A stretch of DNA of 61,002 nucleotides. Origin: a virus. Position numbers and translations under genes: made by a program. Under the pieces are notes generated by a model. The model had not been told where the DNA came from and did no database searches. It saw only the letters and a list, made by a program, of their open reading frames with translations. The stretch is taken from the IMG/VR virus record IMGVR_UViG_3300028841_000403; one strand, 5' to 3'. Numbering within the stretch: the stretch's first letter is position 1; each line of letters opens with the position of its first letter. Of the stretch, positions 57,095 through 61,002 are shown one piece after another.

Positions 57095-57717
57095 TGCTGG
57101 TTCTCAACCTCGCTGCGTATGCAGCGCTCGTCCTCTCGGCGGTAGGCGCCTTCTTGGGCCTCCGCCGGTGGGCGCAGCTGCGGCCGTCTCAGCGCTGGTT
57201 CAGCCTCTACCTGCTCGGCAGCTTCATCATCGGCCTCGCGCTCGCCATCACAGCCTGCCTGCACATCAAGAACTGGCTGCTGATGAACGCCTGGTCCTGC
57301 TGGATCGCCGTCACGCTCGGCCCAGCCATCTCGGAGCGCCTGCTGTCGCGGGACCGCTACATCGCGCGCGCCCTGTTCACCCTCTGGCTCGTGGCCTGGA
57401 TCTCCGCTCGAGTATTCACGGGGTTCAGCTCGTGGGAGGGCTACCTGCACCCCATCCTCTGCGGCCTGCTCCTCGGGGTGGGCATGTCCGCCTTCGACCA
57501 GATCATCAAGGATGACCTCCCCTTCTGGCGGAACGGCCAGGCCATCCTCGTGGTCGCCGCGTCCCTCATGGCCGCCTGCGATGCGGTCACCTGGGCTTCG
57601 ATGAGGCTCTACACCCCCGCCACCAATGCCGGGTTCGTCTCCGTGTGGACTGCGCGAAACCTCGCCATGCTGCCTGTCTCCGCTCTCTACCTCTTGGCCT
57701 TCCAGGTGTCCGAATGA
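57094..57717 (+). CDS. Polytopic inner-membrane protein (about 6 TM segments)
   Basis: 207 aa and hydrophobic throughout. Its ATG overlaps the upstream stop. Confidence 0.55.
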   Translation: MLVLNLAAYAALVLSAVGAFLGLRRWAQLRPSQRWFSLYLLGSFIIGLALAITACLHIKNWLLMNAWSCWIAVTLGPAISERLLSRDRYIARALFTLWLVAWISARVFTGFSSWEGYLHPILCGLLLGVGMSAFDQIIKDDLPFWRNGQAILVVAASLMAACDAVTWASMRLYTPATNAGFVSVWTARNLAMLPVSALYLLAFQVSE

Positions 57718-58046
57718 CTTTCGACCGCATCATCATCTGCATCCTCCTCCTGGTCACCGCCGCGGCAGCCTTCTTCTGGCGCAAGTGGGAGAAGGCCACA
57801 GCCGAGCGGCGCTCCGTCAACCGCACCCTCATGGGCGTCAGCACCGCTACCAGCGCCAAGGTGTTCCATCTCTCCCTCCGCATCGAGCAGGCGGCTGCCC
57901 AGTCCCCCGAGCCCCTCCGCTCAGAGCTCCTGGACATCTCCTCGAACCTCAAGGACCTCCACTGCGTGGCCCAGGAAGGCGTGAAGAAGGGGCTCGAAGC
58001 CTCGTCGGGATCCCATTCCCTTCTGGAGCTGGCCCCGAAGAGCTGA
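57714..58046 (+). CDS. Single-pass membrane protein
   Basis: 110 aa from the ATG at 57714 (ATGA overlap). The TM segment is IIICILLLVTAAAAFFW. Confidence 0.5.
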   Translation: MTFDRIIICILLLVTAAAAFFWRKWEKATAERRSVNRTLMGVSTATSAKVFHLSLRIEQAAAQSPEPLRSELLDISSNLKDLHCVAQEGVKKGLEASSGSHSLLELAPKS

Positions 58047-58067
58047 GGACCGTTCCACGGCATGAAG

Positions 58068-58091
58068 AAGGGGGCCCTGGCGGGCCCCCTT
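58068..58091. terminator. Perfect 10-bp GC-rich hairpin terminator between convergent genes
   Basis: aagggggccc tggc gggccccctt followed by cgctttcc. It sits between the 58046 (+) and 58117 (-) gene ends. Confidence 0.7.
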
Positions 58092-58116
58092 CGCTTTCCT
58101 CATCGGGCTGTCTGGC

Positions 58117-59868
58117 CTAGGGCGTCATCATCTTGATGTTGTGGGCCACGAGGCCGCCGGCGACGAAGAGATGCCCCTTGTCCAGGCTCAGGTGGTAGAC
58201 CGTCTCCTCGATGCCCGTGGGCTCGATGCTCAGGACCGGCGTCTCCTCGAGCACGCCGGGCGCCGTTTCCCACAGCGTGGTGAGGCCCACCAGCATGGAT
58301 TCCACCGGTGGATAGTTGGCCTGCCAGTAGCCCTTCGGCGCGTCCTTCAGGAAGATGCGGTGATCTCCGCTGCACAGGATGAAGCCGTGCTCCGTGACGA
58401 CCCGGAAGAGCTTCCGGCCCTCGTACACGAAGACTTCCTGCACCGTCGCGTCCACGCGCCCGAAGGTGGCGTCATCGTAGGCCCGGATCACCTGGCCCAC
58501 CTTCACCGTCTCAGCAGGGATGCTGCTCCCATCCGCCAGACCCACCCAGGTGCCCGCGGGGACACAGCCGGGATCGCTCCCGCCACCGCCGCTCGTCGCC
58601 GACATCGTGATGTTCAGAACCTTCTCGACCACCGTTGCGGTGGGCGTGGCCGAATCCGTCAGGCGCACGCGCACCTTGTAAGGACCGGAGTTCGCCTGGG
58701 TGAAGGTCACGCTGCCCGTCACCTGGTCGCTGCTGGTCCCGCCGATGGCCGCGCCGGGAAGCGTGGTGTCCGCGCCGGCGACGATGGACCAGGTGTAGGG
58801 CGTGATGCCCCCGGAGCCCGTGAGCCCGAACTGGACCGCGAAGGGTCCCGCGCCGCTGAAGGCGAAGCTCTTGTCCGTGGAGGTGATGGTGAGGGGCTCA
58901 ACCGCGTAGGGGTTGAGGGTGATGTTCAGCACCTTCTGCGTGGTGCGAGGCGTGGAAGCCTGGTCCACCGCCTGCACCTTCACCTGCCAGGTGTTCGGCA
59001 CGGTCGGGGTGCCGGTGAAGGTCAGCTTCAGCTGGTTCCCGCTCACGATTTCGGCCTTGGGATCCGTGGTCCCGTCCTGCAGCCCCGCGCCTGTCACGAT
59101 GCTCCAGGTCACGGCGCCCACGGCGCTCAGGGCGCCCAATGGCACGAGCACATAGTCCGGGAAGGTCTGCGTGGCGCTCTCCTGGAAGGTCTGGTCCCCG
59201 GTCGTGATCGTCAGCGCATCCAGCGGCGGCTCACCCAGGTATTTGATGGAGCCGCGGATCGTCCCGGCGGGGGCACCGTCGCGCTGGAAGTAGACATAGG
59301 GGTCCACCCAGCTCGGGTCCACGAAGACCATGCCGTAGAGGTCCTCCGAAGGCTCGCTGTCGGAGGTGTCGAGCTGGTTGTCCAGCAGGATCGGCGCCCC
59401 CCCGTCATGCACCAGGAAGGCCTGGATGCTCGAGTTGATGCTGTTGGCTCCGACGCTGAATCCTTCCACCTTGTGGAAGGCGAGGATCTCGTAGAGCCCC
59501 TGTTTCGCCAGCTTGAAAGTGCTCGCGTCCCGCGGCTGGCAGGCGGTCCCGTACCGGGTGGCCGTGTAGCCGGTGATGGTCTGGAAGTTGCCGCCCCCGG
59601 TGTTCGGCGTGCCGGCGCGGAAGCTCAGGGCCTCGATGGCCTTGGTGTCTAGATAGTCGAGGCGGTGCCCCAGGGAGTCGAAGGTGCTGCGCGCGGCATC
59701 AACCTCGCCTTCCACTTCGTCCAGGCCCGCCTTCAGGTAGGCCGTCCGGTTCGCCAGCTGCTTGGCCTGGAGGTTCGACACGCCAGAAGGGCCGCCCTCC
59801 ACGGGATCCGCGGCCGAAAGCTGGTAGATGCTCGGCTCGAAGGTGGGGGTTTCCGGAAGGTTCGCCAT
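58117..59868 (-). CDS. Tail fibre protein with Ig-like repeats and a C-terminal Hint/intein-like (BIL-type) domain
   Basis: 583 aa, 3' of tail protein I. The N-terminus MANLPETPTFEPSIYQLSAADPVEGGPSGVSNLQAKQLANRTAYLK is fibre-typical. Two ...TWSIV(T/A)GA... Ig-like units follow. The last 149 aa run CVPAGTWVGL...SGDHRIFL...VYHLSLDKGHLFVAGGLVAHN-IKMMTP. Confidence 0.8.
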   Translation of the reverse strand: MANLPETPTFEPSIYQLSAADPVEGGPSGVSNLQAKQLANRTAYLKAGLDEVEGEVDAARSTFDSLGHRLDYLDTKAIEALSFRAGTPNTGGGNFQTITGYTATRYGTACQPRDASTFKLAKQGLYEILAFHKVEGFSVGANSINSSIQAFLVHDGGAPILLDNQLDTSDSEPSEDLYGMVFVDPSWVDPYVYFQRDGAPAGTIRGSIKYLGEPPLDALTITTGDQTFQESATQTFPDYVLVPLGALSAVGAVTWSIVTGAGLQDGTTDPKAEIVSGNQLKLTFTGTPTVPNTWQVKVQAVDQASTPRTTQKVLNITLNPYAVEPLTITSTDKSFAFSGAGPFAVQFGLTGSGGITPYTWSIVAGADTTLPGAAIGGTSSDQVTGSVTFTQANSGPYKVRVRLTDSATPTATVVEKVLNITMSATSGGGGSDPGCVPAGTWVGLADGSSIPAETVKVGQVIRAYDDATFGRVDATVQEVFVYEGRKLFRVVTEHGFILCSGDHRIFLKDAPKGYWQANYPPVESMLVGLTTLWETAPGVLEETPVLSIEPTGIEETVYHLSLDKGHLFVAGGLVAHNIKMMTP

Positions 59869-59878
59869 GTGCCTCTCC

Positions 59879-60706
59879 TCAGCTCGGGTTCAGGGTCCAT
59901 TCGCCGACCAGCTGCCAGTCGGAGGTCTTCTCAAGCGCGGCGGAGCGGGTGATGGTGGCCACCACGGCTCCGCCGGCGTCCAGCAGGGTGAACTTCTGGA
60001 AGGTGCTCCCCGCCTCTTCGCCCTGCGTCAGGCCGAAGGTGGCCAGGTAGGAGCCCCCGCCCAGCGCGGTCAGGCCCAGGATGTCCTTCTGGTAGGTGGT
60101 GGTCCCGCCCAGGTTCTCCATTCGGACCTGCGTCACCAGGCCCAGCTTGGAGGTGTCCACGATCCCGCCGGAGAGGGCCAGGCGCATCTTCAGGCCGGCC
60201 AGGTGCCGGGAGACCGGCTTCCAGGCCTCCACCGAGGCGCGGATGAGGGCCACATCGGCGGCCGCCAGGCCGCGGTCCCCCAGGTCGAACTGCACCCGGA
60301 ACATCGCCCACACATTGCCGCCGCCGTAGGGGTAGCTCCCATCGTATTGGATCGCCCCGTTGTAGAAGTGCTGGCCGTCCAGCCGCTCCTCGAGGACGCC
60401 GTTGGGCCAGCCCACCGCGTCCAGGGCCTGCTTGATGGCCCAGGGCGTGCCGGTCTTCCGGTGGAGGGAGATAGCCCGCTTCAGCAGGTCCCGCTTCTGC
60501 GCGTCCGTGGTGGCCAGGCTCCATCCGCGGACACCCAGCACCCGGAGCTGACTCGCCAGGCTATCCAAGGCTGCCGCCGGCGCGAGGTCCATGTTGTAGA
60601 TGGCCAGCAGCCCCGTGGAGAGGGTTGCCTGCCGGTCTATGAGGGCCTGGAAGGCCTGGCTCCGCTCATCGGCAATACTGGAGGGCAGAAGGCGGGCATC
60701 AGGCAT
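59879..60706 (-). CDS. I: Tail protein I (P2 gpI family)
   Basis: 275 aa. MPDARLLPSSIADERSQAFQAL..., ...KRDLLKRAISLHRKTGTPWAIKQALDAVGW... and ...WKPVSRHLAGL parallel P2 gpI. It overlaps the J stop by 8 nt. Confidence 0.85.
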   Translation of the reverse strand: MPDARLLPSSIADERSQAFQALIDRQATLSTGLLAIYNMDLAPAAALDSLASQLRVLGVRGWSLATTDAQKRDLLKRAISLHRKTGTPWAIKQALDAVGWPNGVLEERLDGQHFYNGAIQYDGSYPYGGGNVWAMFRVQFDLGDRGLAAADVALIRASVEAWKPVSRHLAGLKMRLALSGGIVDTSKLGLVTQVRMENLGGTTTYQKDILGLTALGGGSYLATFGLTQGEEAGSTFQKFTLLDAGGAVVATITRSAALEKTSDWQLVGEWTLNPS

Positions 60707-61002
60707 CCGAGGCCCCCAACATCGTGACCGTCACCCCGGTGCAGTTCGCCCACTCCCCCGGGCCCACGATCTGGAAGGTGGGGCTCACCACCTGCAGGTC
60801 GTAGACGCCAGGAACGGTGAGGGCCGCGATGACCTGAGAGGGCACCAGGTCCTGGCCCAGGAGGCTCTGGCGGCCGCGAACCGTGGACCCATCCGCCAGC
60901 GTCTCCCCGTACAGGAAGGCCTGCGCCCTGGCCTGGATTGTCGTCTGAAGAGCCGTCGCGTCCTGGCCAGTGATGGGCACAACATTGACGACGATGGCGT
61001 AG
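60699..61002 (-). CDS. J: Baseplate assembly protein J, C-terminal part (same gene as 1..971; 60862..61002 duplicates 1..141)
   Basis: The frame is open to the window end. The C-terminus is ...VIAALTVPGVYDLQVVSPTFQIVGPGEWANCTGVTVTMLGASDA, with the stop at 60699. Confidence 0.88.
   Translation of the reverse strand, partial: YAIVVNVVPITGQDATALQTTIQARAQAFLYGETLADGSTVRGRQSLLGQDLVPSQVIAALTVPGVYDLQVVSPTFQIVGPGEWANCTGVTVTMLGASDA
60862..61002. repeat. Terminal direct repeat, copy 2 (identical to 1..141)
   Basis: Direct comparison of the two window ends. Confidence 0.93.

Noticed and set aside
1-61002. CRISPR arrays, rRNA or tRNA genes, IS elements, and a Mu-type DDE transposase with terminal att ends.
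   Set aside because: I saw no regularly spaced direct repeats with unique spacers and no rRNA- or tRNA-like segments. No ORF shows transposase-like size or motifs. All ORFs over 400 aa are accounted for: sheath, tape measure, portal, TerL, fibres, C5-MTase, RecT, the ATPase, the Rep-like protein, and the 454-aa unknown.

Overview
The window is one complete, circularly closed phage genome. The first 141 bp are identical to the last 141 bp, which leaves 60,861 bp of unique sequence. G+C is high, roughly two-thirds by eye, and almost all genes are tightly packed on the minus strand, often with ATGA/GTGA start-stop overlaps.

Gene content is a temperate contractile-tailed phage that mixes Mu-like and P2-like modules:
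- Head module (Mu-like): TerS, TerL, a DUF935-type portal, gpF-like and gpG-like proteins, a gpI-like protease/scaffold, a DUF2190 decoration protein, the major capsid, and DUF1320 and DUF1834 connectors.
- Tail and baseplate module (P2-like): sheath, tube, an E/E-prime chaperone pair with a G GGA AAC slippery site, tape measure, U, X, D, V, W, J, I, and two different fibre loci.
- Lysis cassette: holin-like protein, SLT endolysin, i-spanin and o-spanin.
- Regulation: a Mor/C-like late activator, a CI-like repressor facing a strong leftward promoter, and a 13-bp palindromic operator family.
- Recombination module: RecT, a YqaJ-type exonuclease, an SMC-like ATPase, and RdgC-like halves.
- DNA-modification cluster: a large C5-methyltransferase with eight iterated TRD-like units, an SPPY methyltransferase whose frame breaks at a G10 tract, a dUTPase and a VRR-NUC nuclease.
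- Plasmid-type maintenance block: a Rep-like wHTH protein, iteron-like repeats, ParA, an RHH ParG-like protein, CAATTG palindromes flanking the par operon, a HigBA-like toxin-antitoxin pair, and a tyrosine recombinase.

I found no Mu-type transposase, tRNA, rRNA, CRISPR array or reverse transcriptase.

The most interesting observations are:
- a tail fibre ending in a Hint/intein-like autoprocessing domain;
- the methyltransferase frame break at the homopolymer tract;
- the iterated-TRD C5-methyltransferase;
- a 5.3-kb accessory gene island inserted inside the head-morphogenesis module;
- a 12-mer (CTAAAGCCCTTT) conserved in front of four late operons;
- the phage-plasmid-like architecture.

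All family assignments come from motif recognition by eye on the supplied translations. No database search was run.
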